This document shows, one piece after another, positions 37,056 through 48,407 of a stretch of 64,000 nt of DNA. Position 1 is the stretch's first letter; every line of letters starts with the position of its first letter. The notes under the pieces were generated by a model that saw only the letters and a program-made list of their open reading frames with translations, was not told the DNA's origin and searched no databases. A program made the position numbers and the translations under genes. The stretch comes from Thermoleophilia bacterium (GTDB lineage Bacteria; Actinomycetota; Thermoleophilia; RBG-16-64-13): positions 70,149 through 134,148 of the forward strand of contig JAXGXJ010000005.1 of NCBI GenBank assembly GCA_040772905.1, read 5' to 3'.

Positions 37056-39689
37056 CCGGCATTGACAGTCCCGGAGGTAGCGCTCCCATTTCTGCCACGA
37101 TGCTTCTAGCGTAGGCCCTTTGAGTTCGGGGCGCAGGAGAGGGAGGTCTTGGAAGTCCCAGGAGGTCTCGAAGTTATTCCAATCGGTGCGGGCGAGGGAG
37201 GTCAAGGAACGGGCGAGGGCCGAAGTCCCCTTGGCCACGTGGGCCAGGGGAATCTTCGCAACGTCTCCAGGTACGTAGTTCATTGTTGGAGCCAGAGCGC
37301 CCAGACAGGCTCGTGCCACGACGGAGTTGAGAACCAACAGGATCAGTTCAAGATTCTCCTCGCAGAACATTGACGAACCACCTGAACTGAAGAGAAAGCC
37401 AGGCGGCGTATGACGGAAACTCGCGGGCCCAGTCGTGACAGAGCTCCAAGTAATATTGGGTTTGAAGTAGTATTCCTCGCTCCGTATCTCCTTCGTGTAG
37501 CTTCCTCCGCCGTATCGGGCGACGATGAATGATTTCAGCTCTTTGCCATCATCTTTCCAGTTGATCAGCGTCTCGTTGAGCCCAAACCACCTTCGGTTGC
37601 CGCCGCCCTTGTTGAGAGGGAACCATTTTCCAGGGGACTCGCGGCTCATGTTGCGGCCGGCGACGCCGAATTCCGTGCTGCTCCATCCGACCTCAAACCA
37701 AAGTCGGACAAAGCTTGCGTCGTCCAGTGTAACTAGCCCTTTTCGCACGACAGCGGCACTCGCGAGGGGCGGGAATCCTTCAAAGGCAGCGACGAGCGCG
37801 GGACCGCACCAGTAGGCGACCGGACTCCCGGGAATCTTGTCCATGTCTCTGGCCGCAATATCAAACCGGAGGCCCCCTCCTGACGCGTTGGCCAACCTGA
37901 AGAGACCTTCTTTGGCTGCCTCGCTGTCGCCGTCGACCAAGCGGAAGTAGCGGCCGCGCCCGTTCCGCAAGGACCCTTTGAACGCGACGAACGCAGTCGC
38001 CTGGACTACCTCACCGCCAATAGTGTCGAACGCGCGTGGGCCCAGATGCGCCATGGTTACGATGAACTTCGACGAGAGCAACTGCCGTCGCAATGCTTCA
38101 TAGCTCGAGAGAAACATCCAGTTCTGCATAGTGATTAGGGCGAAATAGGCGTTATCACGAGCCAGAGTGGCGCATCGTTCGATGAACATGGCGAACAGGT
38201 CGGATTTCGAGTCGGGGAACCTCTCAGAACTGAAGCGGCGAACACAGTCGTTCATCGCCCCACCCCCCAGATACGGCGGGTTGGTAACCACCACGTGGTA
38301 GCGCTGGGTGAGCATCTCCGCTTGGGTGAGGGCGAGGAGAACCTTGCGCTGGGTCTCTGCAAGGAGGAGGTCAGCGGGAGCGGGAGCGTTCGCTATTTCG
38401 GTCTTGAGCTGGATGATCTCCGGCTCAGTGAGGATGGGCTGGACGAGCGAGCCGAAGGTGGAGGTGTTCTCCCGGAACTGATAGACCTGTTGGAGGACCT
38501 TAGCGGTGAAGAGACGGGTGAGGCCGCTTGAGCTGAGCCAGGCCTTGAGCTCCTCAGCCTCGAAGGGAACGTCTTCCAGGCACACGACTTGCGGTTGGAT
38601 CGCTCCCCGGAAGGCGTTTCTCGACTTCTCCCGAGCTTTGGCGAGGAGAGCGAACTGGGCGAGCTGGGTAGCCCGAGGGCAGATCTCCAGGCCATAGAGG
38701 TTGTGGGTGAGGATCTTTGTAGGGATATCGGCGGGGGCGTAGCCCTCCTCCTCATAGATCTGATAGAGAAGGTCGAAGGCGTAGGTGAGCATGTGCCCGG
38801 AGCCGCAGGCGGGGTCGAGAAGCCGGATGTCTTCTGGACGCTCAACGGTGAGGGAGTCAGCCGGAGCTTGCCCGTCCGGGTCTTCGACATAGTACGGCAT
38901 GGAGGCGCGAAGAGATGAGCGGGGACGGGAGCGAAGCCACAGCCGCCCCAGGGAGTTCTCGACGAGATAGCGCACGATCCAGTGCGGGGTGAAGAGCTGG
39001 GTGACGGCGGGGATGTCCTCGCTGGGGACGGCCGTCTTGCGGGCCATCACCTGGTCTTTCTTCTCGGAGATGTAGAACTGATAGAGCCAGCCGAGGATCT
39101 CCACCTCAGCGCAGTCCTCGTCAGTGATCTCGCTCCGGAAACCGTGGGCCACGGAGTGGTCGGTGAGGAGGTCATCGGGAAGAAGGAGTTCGGTCTCGTC
39201 ATCGAGGCGCTCAAAGAGAAGGGGCAAGAGCGCGTGGTAGTAGCGGCAGGCGGCGAGCACCAGGTGGCGATAGACCTCGCCCTGGGGATCGGACGAAGGC
39301 AGGCGGCCATCGAGAAGATCTCCGAGCCGAGCGGGATCGGTATAGGGCCTCAGCTGATCGGGGATAACCTCGGTCCGAACCAGACGCAGAATCTCAGGCT
39401 GGGTCTCGGAAGCCGAAGCGGGCGTGACGATCCGCACCCGGAAAGGGTGCCAGCCGCGGGCGTCTAGGAATCGCAGGGCCGCCAGGCGGTTGAACCAAGT
39501 GTAGGCGACTCGCTCGATGAGCTGAGAGCGGTTCTGTACGGACTGGGCCCGGAGGCGCTCCACCTGTGCCGACGCAGCCCGCAGATCGGGTGTGTCGGCA
39601 GTGAGGACGTAGTCAAGCTTGCGTTCGACGGCCTCCAGCAGGTCGCGGCGGGCCTGTTGGGCGAAGGGCTTGAGGGAGGAGGTATCCAT
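37056..39689 (-). pseudogene. pglX: BREX methyltransferase PglX, N-terminal ~870-aa fragment (split by IS21)
   Basis: N-terminal hallmark VAYTWFNRLAALRFLDARGW, then an N6-adenine methyltransferase core (VVTNPPYLGGG). The reading frame runs into the IS21 right IR and stops at 37026. Confidence 0.75.
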
Positions 39690-39694
39690 GGCGC

Positions 39695-42600
39695 TCAGAG
39701 TGTGACCTTGTTGCCTTTGGCAAGCTCAACCGCGATGACCGACCGGAGTGCATCCAGCCAGCGCTCCAGTTCCGCTTCGGTCGAAATGAACGCCAAGTCC
39801 AAGTGCGGCTTCAGGCTTGTCACGGGAACATACCGGACTGGAGGCGGAGGCGGTTCATCCTCCGGCGTCTCTGGTGTTGTCAGAGCAGCCACGAGCGCAA
39901 GCTGGGCAGGGTACTCCTCGGAGAGATAGCGCGCGAGCCGGTTGCGGACTCCGCTGATGTATTCCTCCGCATCTATCGCCTCGCGAGCCGCGGCGGATTT
40001 CTGCATCACCTGCGCCTGCTGAGTGTCGCTGAGCTGCGAGTGTTCCGGCAGGGCTCTGATCTTCGCCTCGCATTCCGCGATGGCGGTCAGTGCCTTGTGA
40101 CACTCGTCGGTGAGCAGGGCATCGATGAGACGCTTCACATCCGCCATAGCCACTCTAGCCTTGGGCAGCAGCTCGCCTCGATAGGGGGCACCCGATTCCG
40201 CGACGGCCCTCAGAGGCTCGAGATTCTCCGGCGGGACGTCTCCGAAGTTCGCCCTCTCGGTCGCCAGGAAGGTGATGACCTCGTCATAGGCGATGCGCTG
40301 CTTGCCGTGCATGAAGCCCTTGATAGGAGCGATGGTCTCCTGCTTGGCCGTGAGCAGCTCTTGGGAGAACTCATCCAGCTGGTTGAGGAGATACGGGTAG
40401 TCCTTCTGAGAAATGGCTTTGAGCCGGTTCTTCACGGGCTCTAGGTCGCTCAGGAACGGGTACGTCGCCTTCTGATCGAGCAGCAATTCCAGGTCACGCG
40501 CCTCGCACGCAAGCGCCTCCAGGGTCAGCTGGGCGACCGACCGGGCATCGGTCCCGTCGTTCGGGCGATCAAAGAAGTCGTGATGGAAGTTCTTGAGCGC
40601 CGCGACCACCTCGGGCGGCCACTGCTCCTGCAGACTGATGCGCACCGTTCCATGATGCTTGGAGTTCCGAAATGCGTCGAAAGCCCCTTGCGCATCGAGC
40701 AGCTCCGCCTGCCTGAGTTCCAGCTTCCCCATGCGGAATAGCCGAGCTACTTGCACGAGAACACCCATGACAGGCCAGCCGTACGGCCGCTTCCCGAAGT
40801 CGCGCACCATCTCCTCGACGGTGACCCGTTCCTTGTCCGTCTTCTGAGTGCGAAGCACGTTCGTGAGGACCTCTTGTTCAGCCTCGGAGAGCGTGTGCCC
40901 GCCGCCGGCCATGAGATCGTCGGGGTCGAGCAGGGTCTTTCTTAATTGCTCTTCGTTGTAGGTGCCCCTGAGCATCCGCAGGCTGGGGTAGGCGAACGAG
41001 ATCAGCTCCTGGCCGGCCTTCTGGAAGCGCGTCCGTGCTTCACCCTCCCCAATGTCGGTGAGCTTCGAGCCGTTCAGGTAGAGGACGGCTTTCCCCATAA
41101 GATCCTCGCAACGCTTCTGCAGCTCGCTCCTGTTGGTGCTGTTCTGCTGACTGCGGCGATCGAGGATCTCGCGACGGGTGGAATCGAAGTGCGTCCCCGG
41201 GTTCTGCTGGATGTACTTGCGCGTCTTGATGAACAGACGAGCGTCGTCTATCACGCGAGCATCAGCGGGCAGCACGGCCAGGAGTTCAGCCTTACCCGTA
41301 TTCTGCGCCGCCAGCGTGTACAGATCGCCGTGATGGGGATGGTCGGCGGTGATCACATTGACGGAGAGCTCCGCATCCTTGCCCACCAGGTGGTCGTCCA
41401 GGCGACGGGCGTAGGAGTAGTCCTGGCCGTTCACGTCGTAGCGGATCTTGGGGTCGCGCAGGATGTCGGCGAAGAAGATGTCGGACAGGAGCTTGGTCTG
41501 CTCGGACTCGTCGATCTCCGTGCCCTTGATCTCTGTCTCGATGTCCTTCTCGGTGTCGGTCAGGAACTCGTAGAGCTCGCCGTTCCGCTGCAGGTAGGAC
41601 TGCTGCTCGAGGAGGTTGAGGGCCTCCCGCACCGCCTTCTCGTGAGCCTGCATGTTGATGTCCGGCCGGTCGATCAGCAGGATGGCCACGTTTCGCGGAC
41701 TGGGCTTAAACGATGTGACCCATTTGAGCAAGAAGAGCGCCTTGAGGATGCGGGCAGCGAGCGGATCGTCCAGGTGATCCTCCGCCTGTTGTACGGAGGT
41801 CTGCATGTCGCCGCGGATGGTCGCCGACATGCCGTCGAACATCTTGTCGAAGGTGGCCAGACCACCCACGTCCTGTCCACTCAGATATACGACCACATCT
41901 TGAAACACCTCGAGCATCGACCGCTCGCCCACAGACGTCTGCCTGCCGGTGAACGCATCGTGGCGAGAGAGCTGCTCAATGGCCCGCTGGAAGAGGTCGA
42001 ACTGATAGGGGACGAAGGGGTAGTAACTGCAGAACTCATCGCTCCCACGCCAGGTTCGGTAGGGCATCGAGCCATCGCCGAACCGATACATGGTCTGCAG
42101 GTTCTCCTTCTCCCTGTCGTAGACGCTGGTGAGAGCCTCGGGCTCCGCTTCAGTCTTGGCCAGCAGGCGCCTCTGGATGACCTCGCGCACGTCGGCGCTC
42201 GTAAGATTCACGCGGCTCTTGAAGCGCCCCTGGATCTTGGTGAAGTCGTCACCCTCTCCCCTGCGCAGCTCTCCCAGGACGTTCTTGAGATCGCCCTGGG
42301 AGGTGACGAACACCCAGGCCCTGCCCTGGCAGATGGTGGCCAATGACTCGGCAATGGTCTGCAGGTTGAGCATGAGCCGAGAGTCCTGACCGATGAACTG
42401 CCCCACCTCGTCGGCGAAGAAGTTGAGGCGGAAGTCCGGCCCCTGTCTGTCGATGTAAGCCTTCACCCGCCTGGCGAAGTCCTCGGGCGAGACCTTGTAA
42501 CCCTCACGCTGCCGATCGAAGAGCTTCAGGCCCTCGTCGTACGATTTGCCGAAGAACTCAGCGTAGACCTTGGCGAACGTCTCGTTCTCCAGGGTCTCCA

Positions 42601-43191
42601 GCACCGGCAGGTCCTGTTCCCAACTCCGACCGCTCACCGCCGCGTAGGTCTGCTTGAAGGCCTCAAGCTCGCCTCGAGAGTCAAGGTCGTACTCGAACTG
42701 GGCGATGTGACCCTGCTTGGCGTAGTAGCCCTGGAGCTCGTTGAGGACCTTGACGAACACCTCGAGTACGGCCGACTCGCGATCGCCACCGATGGCATCG
42801 GACTTCTGGTCGATGTTGAAGAGGATGCTGCGCGAGGGAATCTTGATGGCCTTCTGGAGATCCGCCCGCAGGAACTCGTCGTCGAGCTTGGGTATGAGGA
42901 TGTCGGCGGCCTGAGCTCCGCTGGGCAGCGTCCGGTTCTCCAGCACCAGCGAGAGGATCGCGAGGAGGTGCGACTTTCCGGAGCCGAAGAAGCCCAGCGA
43001 GATCGAACTCCGTTGGCCTTCGTCCTCTCCTGGCTCACGTACTGCTCCATGAGGGCAGTTAGACCCTTCGAGATCTCCCCGGTGACGACGCCATTCCTCG
43101 ACCTCGTTTTCGAGATTGCGATCGTCATCGGCTTTGATGACCCCTTCGATGGACGGTAGCCAGGTTTACTGAACAGGTCACGTATCTTCAT
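39695..43191 (-). pseudogene. brxC: BREX P-loop ATPase BrxC with three apparent frameshifts in the first ~180 nt
   Basis: ATG at 43191 gives MKIRDLFSKP. Expected continuation PSIEGVIKADDDRNLENEVEEW is in another frame. VVTGEISKGLTALMEQYVSQERTKANGV is back in the first frame. ISLGFFGSGKSHLL... and the remaining 1080 aa are again in the second frame. Confidence 0.65.
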
Positions 43192-43198
43192 GGGCCCC

Positions 43199-43795
43199 TC
43201 ACGGTCGATAGTGAGCCAGATTGAACGCGCGGTAGTACGGGCGATAGAGCGGCGGCGTGGCCTGCGATCCGAAGAGCCTGAGCACGGAGGCACCATTCTC
43301 TTCCTGCCTGTACTCCCCGGGAAAGAACATCACGACAGGCCGCTTGACCATCGCGGGCTGGAGCGACTCCAAGATGGTGTGGGTGCGCAGGAACGGGAAC
43401 ACCCTGCCCACACCTAGCAGTAGCGCCAGCTGTACGCCGTCGTCCCCTACCTTCTTCATGAGCCGGGGGATGAGCCGGGTCTTCGGGTCGGCCAGGTTGG
43501 ACATCATGTCAAGGAGCTTCTGCTTGCCGATGGAGCGCTCCTTCTCCAGGATCGGCTGAAGTCGGCCCTCCTCCTCTAGTTGCTCGAGGATGAGATCGAA
43601 GAGGTCCACCACGGCCACCGAAACGCCGTGAGTGCGAAGCCGCGTGGCCAGGTGGTCGATCATGATCCGCACCTTGTCCTCGTCCTGAGGCTCGTAGGTC
43701 TCGATGAAGATGGGGACCTCGTTCGCGAGTCCCTTCATGGACAGGAAGTGCGGATGGCTGAGAATGCGGAACAGGCGCTCGCTCTGGTCAGCCAC
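43199..43795 (-). CDS. brxB: BREX protein BrxB (DUF1788 family)
   Basis: 198 aa; position between brxA and brxC and family-like pattern (NEVPIFIETYEPQDE...VAVVDLFDLILEQL). Confidence 0.65.
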   Translation of the reverse strand: MADQSERLFRILSHPHFLSMKGLANEVPIFIETYEPQDEDKVRIMIDHLATRLRTHGVSVAVVDLFDLILEQLEEEGRLQPILEKERSIGKQKLLDMMSNLADPKTRLIPRLMKKVGDDGVQLALLLGVGRVFPFLRTHTILESLQPAMVKRPVVMFFPGEYRQEENGASVLRLFGSQATPPLYRPYYRAFNLAHYRP

Positions 43796-43797
43796 CG

Positions 43798-44442
43798 TTA
43801 AGCCCCTATCCTGCCGATTTCGTCATCGGGAATGAGAAACCCCGCGAGCCAGCACCGATCCTCGGCAATGATGGCCGAGCGGACCTCCGGGGGGAGCAGA
43901 GCCCGACGCAAGTCGAAGTCCTTCGGACCCTCACCCAGGATGCCGACCTCGCGGAGCATCCTGAAGAGCACCTGGCGGATCTTGGCTTTCGTGCTGGCTG
44001 TCAACTCCTGCACCTCGGGATGGGCCAGGCCCTCCGTCGCCAGGAAGTCCTCGTAATCCGAGGGCCGGAGCACCCGGTCATGGCCCTCCATCTTGGCACG
44101 AAGCGATTCGGAGGCGAAGGCATAGATGAACGGATTCAGCTTGAGCACCGACAGCCACGCGATGGCCCTGCGGGCGTCTGCCGAGCCTTGAGCGAGGATC
44201 TCCAACTGCCCACGCGAGAGTGTCTGCAGGCGCTGACGCACCTCCCGCTCCATACGCACACCACTTGCCGGATTCTTCGCTTGCAGCAGATTCTCAGACA
44301 GCGCTCGCCGGCGGGTCTCGTCCCAGTCACCGGACTCGAGGTACAACTCAGCGACGATCCGGGCCAGTTCTGGACGCAGCGAGGCGGCCGTGAAGGCCAG
44401 CGAGTACTTCTGGGTGCCGCAAGAATTAGGAAGCATCCGCAC
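43798..44442 (-). CDS. brxA: BREX protein BrxA (DUF1819 family)
   Basis: 214 aa; first gene of the cluster; KYSLAFTAASL...IVAELYLESGDWDE pattern typical of BrxA. Confidence 0.65.
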   Translation of the reverse strand: MRMLPNSCGTQKYSLAFTAASLRPELARIVAELYLESGDWDETRRRALSENLLQAKNPASGVRMEREVRQRLQTLSRGQLEILAQGSADARRAIAWLSVLKLNPFIYAFASESLRAKMEGHDRVLRPSDYEDFLATEGLAHPEVQELTASTKAKIRQVLFRMLREVGILGEGPKDFDLRRALLPPEVRSAIIAEDRCWLAGFLIPDDEIGRIGA

Positions 44443-44616
44443 CCCGCGCGTTGGCAGTGTTCACCCGTATCCTACTCAGGCGAGACTAGACGGTGAGTCT
44501 CCTCCCCTTGCCTCAGATATCGGCGACTTGTGCCTTATGGTACAACGTTGGTCGGACAGACGGGAGGCTGACCTCAACCAGCACTGTGCGGATGCACAGG
44601 ATGTCCGGCTGCCTGG

Positions 44617-45052
44617 GCCGGAGGACCCATGAGGGACTCGGGTGACTAGCGGCCAGTATCCATCCGGCATGCTCCGGTACGCGGCAACTGAGCACGGCGC
44701 ATCGCTGCCTCCAGGCTGATCGTCCAAATGCCTCTCCGCGTGCACAGAAGGTACCTTCCTGGAGGTCAGGCGTACGCGACAGGCATTGGCTTGCCCGAGC
44801 CGATCCGCGGAGACGACGGTGGCGACCACGGTCTTCGCCGCCTCCGCCTTGCGCGCCGGAACCGAGCAGAACTTCCGGGGACCCGCGCCGGAGGACCCGT
44901 CAGATGCTCGGGCAACTAGCTCCCCGTACTGGGGCTCCGGTAGTCCCCTGGTCCCGTAGGTGACCCGGCCCGTGCTCAGACGAGGCGCTGCGTTGCAGAT
45001 ATCGCGTCCGAATACCTCTCCGCGTGCACGGAAGGTATCGTCCTGAAGTCAG
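44617..45052. repeat. two imperfect ~160-bp direct repeats (44617-44770 and 44887-45052) in a 750-bp ORF-free region
   Basis: Shared blocks GCCGGAGGACCC-N-T-N-AG...CTCGGG-NN-ACTAGC, CTCCGGTA, and (A/T)CCTCTCCGCGTGCAC(A/G)GAAGGTA(C/T)C-N-TCCTG(G/A)AGGTCAG. The region lies between the brxA start and the prim-pol gene end. Confidence 0.6.
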
Positions 45053-45192
45053 ATTGGGCGGAAAAGTATCAGAGCGCGTCGACCGAATCGAGGTCAAGGG
45101 AAAGACCTCTCTGCACTCTGGTCGCTGAAGGAGGGCCATTTGCCGCGTGACAGCGCGATAGGGGCTAGCAGGACGAACGTCTTGCACACTTG

Positions 45193-48018
45193 CTATGTGT
45201 CACACAGGAACCGTGCAAAGCACTCCCGGTCCTCGAGCAGGGCCATGATTCGCTCGCCGTCACCTGCCGCGAACGCTTCTTCCAGTCTGCGCTGGTAGCT
45301 GTCCCACCGGGGCACCCCCTTATCGTAGAGGTTGTACTCCGGCCCCGCCTCCGCCAATATCGAACTTACCCTGTTCATCGATCCGTGCATGGCGGTCCTC
45401 GCACTCGCCTCCCAGCGCAGTCTTGCTAGGAGCTCCTCCTTACACTTCTGAACCCTGCTTCTGACTCCCCTCGGTAGGCGGCACCCCTCGTAGGTGTGTC
45501 GCGTCAGTAGCTTGATCTCCTCCCCTCTTACTACCATACCGAACCCTGCGGAGTGGACCCTCGCCGTCACCTCACGTGCCGACTCACTCATCTCGGCGAT
45601 TGCTGGGCCACGACCAATCCCAAGCCCTCCACCATCCGTCCTCTCCGCCACGCCGCCACGTGTCGCCTCCGACGCCACTTCGGTAAGTGACGGAGCCGCC
45701 ACGGAGCCATCGGGTGTGGCGGGGGATCCCATGGCCTCCACCGTTTCGTCAGCGCACTGTGGCGGTGTGGCGGGGAGATAGCGGTCAAAGGCGTCCTCGA
45801 ACTGCTCGCGGAGGTAGCCCTTGTGATTGCAGTTCTCTCCCTCGCGGATGCTGCGAGGTCGGATCCCGAAGGGCTTGAGGAGCCGCGCCAGGCCAGCCGG
45901 ACTGAGCTCGCGCCCACGGCTCCATTCCGGCCACGGTCTTTCGTCCATTGCGTTTAGGGCGGCGAGGATCTCCTGCGTTGAAAGTCGATCGTGGGCTTCG
46001 AACAAGGTGCGTAGGTCTTCAAGCACCATGATGCCGGCTGTCTCCTCCTCGGCTGCGCCGCTCAGCAGGAGAGCCGAGTTCCGCGCCCGCTCTGGCCACG
46101 AGCCGCCTACGACCTCGGCGATAGCAAGAAGTGGGCGCCAGTTGTCTGCCAATCGATTGCCAAAGCCGGGTGGTATGTAGGGCTCATGCAGCCGCAGCAC
46201 CTCGAGGTGATCCAGGGCCCACCGCGCCATCTTTCGCCGCAGTGGCAAGAGCTCATCTAGCTGATGGAGGCGCAAGGGCATCACGTCCTCGCCCTGGGTT
46301 TTACGCTGAAGACGGACGTGGACGCTCCGGGAAGCCAGCGTTGCCGGCAACTTGCCGATCATGGCAATCGCCTTGGGAGCCCAGGTACTAAACCGGGCAG
46401 GCTCATGGTCTTCCCCTACGGTGCGAACGATGGACGCGGAGCGCCTCGCGTGGCCACAATTAAGTACCCCGCGGAGCTCGTCGTTGTCATTGAGGAACGT
46501 GTCCGCCTCATCGATGAGCAGAGTGGGGCTGTACCTGTCCATGGTCCGAAAGACAGCGGCGGCGGTGATATTGCTGGCCGGAAGGGCACGAGGGACCACC
46601 GCCCCCAAGAAGGTCATAGCGACTGTCTTGCCGCACTCGGGCGTCGGAGATGTGATTCCGAGGATGGGCGAGATGTCGGCCGCATCGTGCGCGTGAGCGT
46701 GGACGCACCATAACGCCATGCCTTCGGCCGCGCCGGGGGGAAGCCACACATGTCGGCGAATGACGGCGCACAGCTCGTTCAGCAGGTCTTCCCCGTCCAC
46801 CTCGTCTGGATAGGGCTCCGGTTCGTCTGGGAAGAGCTCTCCGCTGTGCGACCGACTGTGGCGACGAGCGCTGACCAGTTTGTCCAGCCGGGTGACCCTC
46901 ATCCCCAGTTCCTTGGCCGCCTGGATCCGTTCCCGCTCGTAGGCGGTCTCGCTCAGCGCTGCGAGCCGGGCCAACTCGGCCTCGAACCGGCCGCTGTCAT
47001 CCTGGCTCTGGTCGCTGCCACGTTCGTACTCGTCCCGGAGCTGTCGCCAGCCCCACGTACACGAGTCGTGGTGGCATCCGGCGCTCAACGCGCCGTTTGG
47101 CAGTTGCAGGATGAAGGCCTCCCCGCGGTTGTGATCCGAATTGAAGGGGCAGGTGGCCAGTTCGTACAGATCCCCACTCTCGTCGCGCTTCACCTTGCGC
47201 ACCTCAAGCCCATTACGCTCGATGAAGGCTTCCACGTCGAACCAGGGGCCCTCGGGGACACCGCCCGTGGAGCTGCCAAGGCCAAGCGCGAGCCCGGCCA
47301 CTTTTTCGAGGAGGGCATCCGAGACCGTCTCCAATTCCACCGGAGCGGAAAGGACACGTGAGCGTCGATGCGGTCGCTCGGCAAGGTTCTCCCCTTTACA
47401 CGCCATAGTCCCCGGTACCTTGACGATGCGAGCGGCGTTGTAGACGCCCGTGTCTACATGCAGGCCACCCTCGTCGAATCGAGCGGCCAGGGCAGTCAGC
47501 AACCGCTTCACCAGATCGCGGCCGGCTTCATCATTCGCGAGGTCGATACGATAGAACAGATGAGCGCCGTTCCCGCTCATGACAGCGGCGCCTTCCGGCC
47601 AGCCGCACTCGTCCTCGAGAAACAGCCGAATCCGCTGCGCGACGGCCAGGCAGGACTCGAGCTCTTCATCTGTGGCGGATGTCCCGGAAGGACGCTGATA
47701 GTCGACGTCAATGAGCAAAGCTCGACGGCGCAGGATGTCCCTGTCGGCGGAGGTGGTGTGGACCAGCTCCTCGAGGCGATTAAGAGCGCCTGCGTTTGCG
47801 GGCGGCCTCACCGGATTGAGGGTCAGGTAGATGCCGGGAACCCGCCCATCGTAAGAGGCTAGGGCAGCCGCGGCGGCCTCGGCATCGTCAAAGTAGCCGG
47901 AGACAGTTCCGCTGCGTCTTGCTCGGGGTATTCTGATTTCGAAGACTTCGCCGGGCCGGTGCAGCAGGGAGATCGCCTGCCGGGCGATCTGGGTATCGTA
48001 GCCGTTGTGACTCTCCAT
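45193..48018 (-). CDS. replication protein: bifunctional primase-polymerase (prim-pol) N-terminal domain fused to P-loop NTPase (DUF3987-like) domain
   Basis: 941 aa. N-terminal prim-pol pattern (ALLIDVDYQR ... GNGAHLFYRI). Central Walker A PTPECGKTVA and Walker B LLIDEAD. Confidence 0.7.
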   Translation of the reverse strand: MESHNGYDTQIARQAISLLHRPGEVFEIRIPRARRSGTVSGYFDDAEAAAAALASYDGRVPGIYLTLNPVRPPANAGALNRLEELVHTTSADRDILRRRALLIDVDYQRPSGTSATDEELESCLAVAQRIRLFLEDECGWPEGAAVMSGNGAHLFYRIDLANDEAGRDLVKRLLTALAARFDEGGLHVDTGVYNAARIVKVPGTMACKGENLAERPHRRSRVLSAPVELETVSDALLEKVAGLALGLGSSTGGVPEGPWFDVEAFIERNGLEVRKVKRDESGDLYELATCPFNSDHNRGEAFILQLPNGALSAGCHHDSCTWGWRQLRDEYERGSDQSQDDSGRFEAELARLAALSETAYERERIQAAKELGMRVTRLDKLVSARRHSRSHSGELFPDEPEPYPDEVDGEDLLNELCAVIRRHVWLPPGAAEGMALWCVHAHAHDAADISPILGITSPTPECGKTVAMTFLGAVVPRALPASNITAAAVFRTMDRYSPTLLIDEADTFLNDNDELRGVLNCGHARRSASIVRTVGEDHEPARFSTWAPKAIAMIGKLPATLASRSVHVRLQRKTQGEDVMPLRLHQLDELLPLRRKMARWALDHLEVLRLHEPYIPPGFGNRLADNWRPLLAIAEVVGGSWPERARNSALLLSGAAEEETAGIMVLEDLRTLFEAHDRLSTQEILAALNAMDERPWPEWSRGRELSPAGLARLLKPFGIRPRSIREGENCNHKGYLREQFEDAFDRYLPATPPQCADETVEAMGSPATPDGSVAAPSLTEVASEATRGGVAERTDGGGLGIGRGPAIAEMSESAREVTARVHSAGFGMVVRGEEIKLLTRHTYEGCRLPRGVRSRVQKCKEELLARLRWEASARTAMHGSMNRVSSILAEAGPEYNLYDKGVPRWDSYQRRLEEAFAAGDGERIMALLEDRECFARFLCDT

Positions 48019-48021
48019 GGC

Positions 48022-48267
48022 TCAGACTTCGTTCTCGACGCTACGGCCCTCGATCCTCTCGATCACCTGGCGCCGGGGGATGAAGTTGCACTTGCCCATC
48101 TTGAGCACAGGGATACCAAAGAGCGTCGAATACTGCCGCACCTCGGCGTACATGGAAGGCAGACCGGGGCCATGTGGCAGAGCCTGCTTGATTTCGCGGA
48201 CCGTTGTGAGCGGCCGGTTGTCCGCCTTGAACTGCTCCCATGCCGTCATGCGTACCATGTCAACCAA
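48022..48267 (-). CDS. excisionase / AlpA-like HTH DNA-binding protein
   Basis: 81 aa (LTTVREIKQAL...LFGIPVLKMGKCNFIPRRQVIERIEG) resembling HTH_17 Xis-type proteins. Located directly upstream of the prim-pol gene and divergent from the XRE-int pair. Confidence 0.5.
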   Translation of the reverse strand: MVDMVRMTAWEQFKADNRPLTTVREIKQALPHGPGLPSMYAEVRQYSTLFGIPVLKMGKCNFIPRRQVIERIEGRSVENEV

Positions 48268-48407
48268 CCTCCTATTTCACATCATAGTAAACAGTTTATC
48301 TAAACGATGACCTTGCGTCAAGTCTTGGCCTCATGGTTTAATGTATGCATGTCTGTGGCGCGCCGGGATCGGCCGCTGCAGTGGCGAGCTGCACGAATGG
48401 AGGTACG
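48268..48407. promoter_or_regulatory. divergent intergenic control region between xis-like gene and XRE regulator/integrase
   Basis: Locally AT-richer 140 bp (CATCATAGTAAACAGTTTATCTAAACGATGACCTTGCGTCAAG) separating the divergently oriented xis-like and XRE genes, as in a lysogeny-type switch. Confidence 0.4.
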
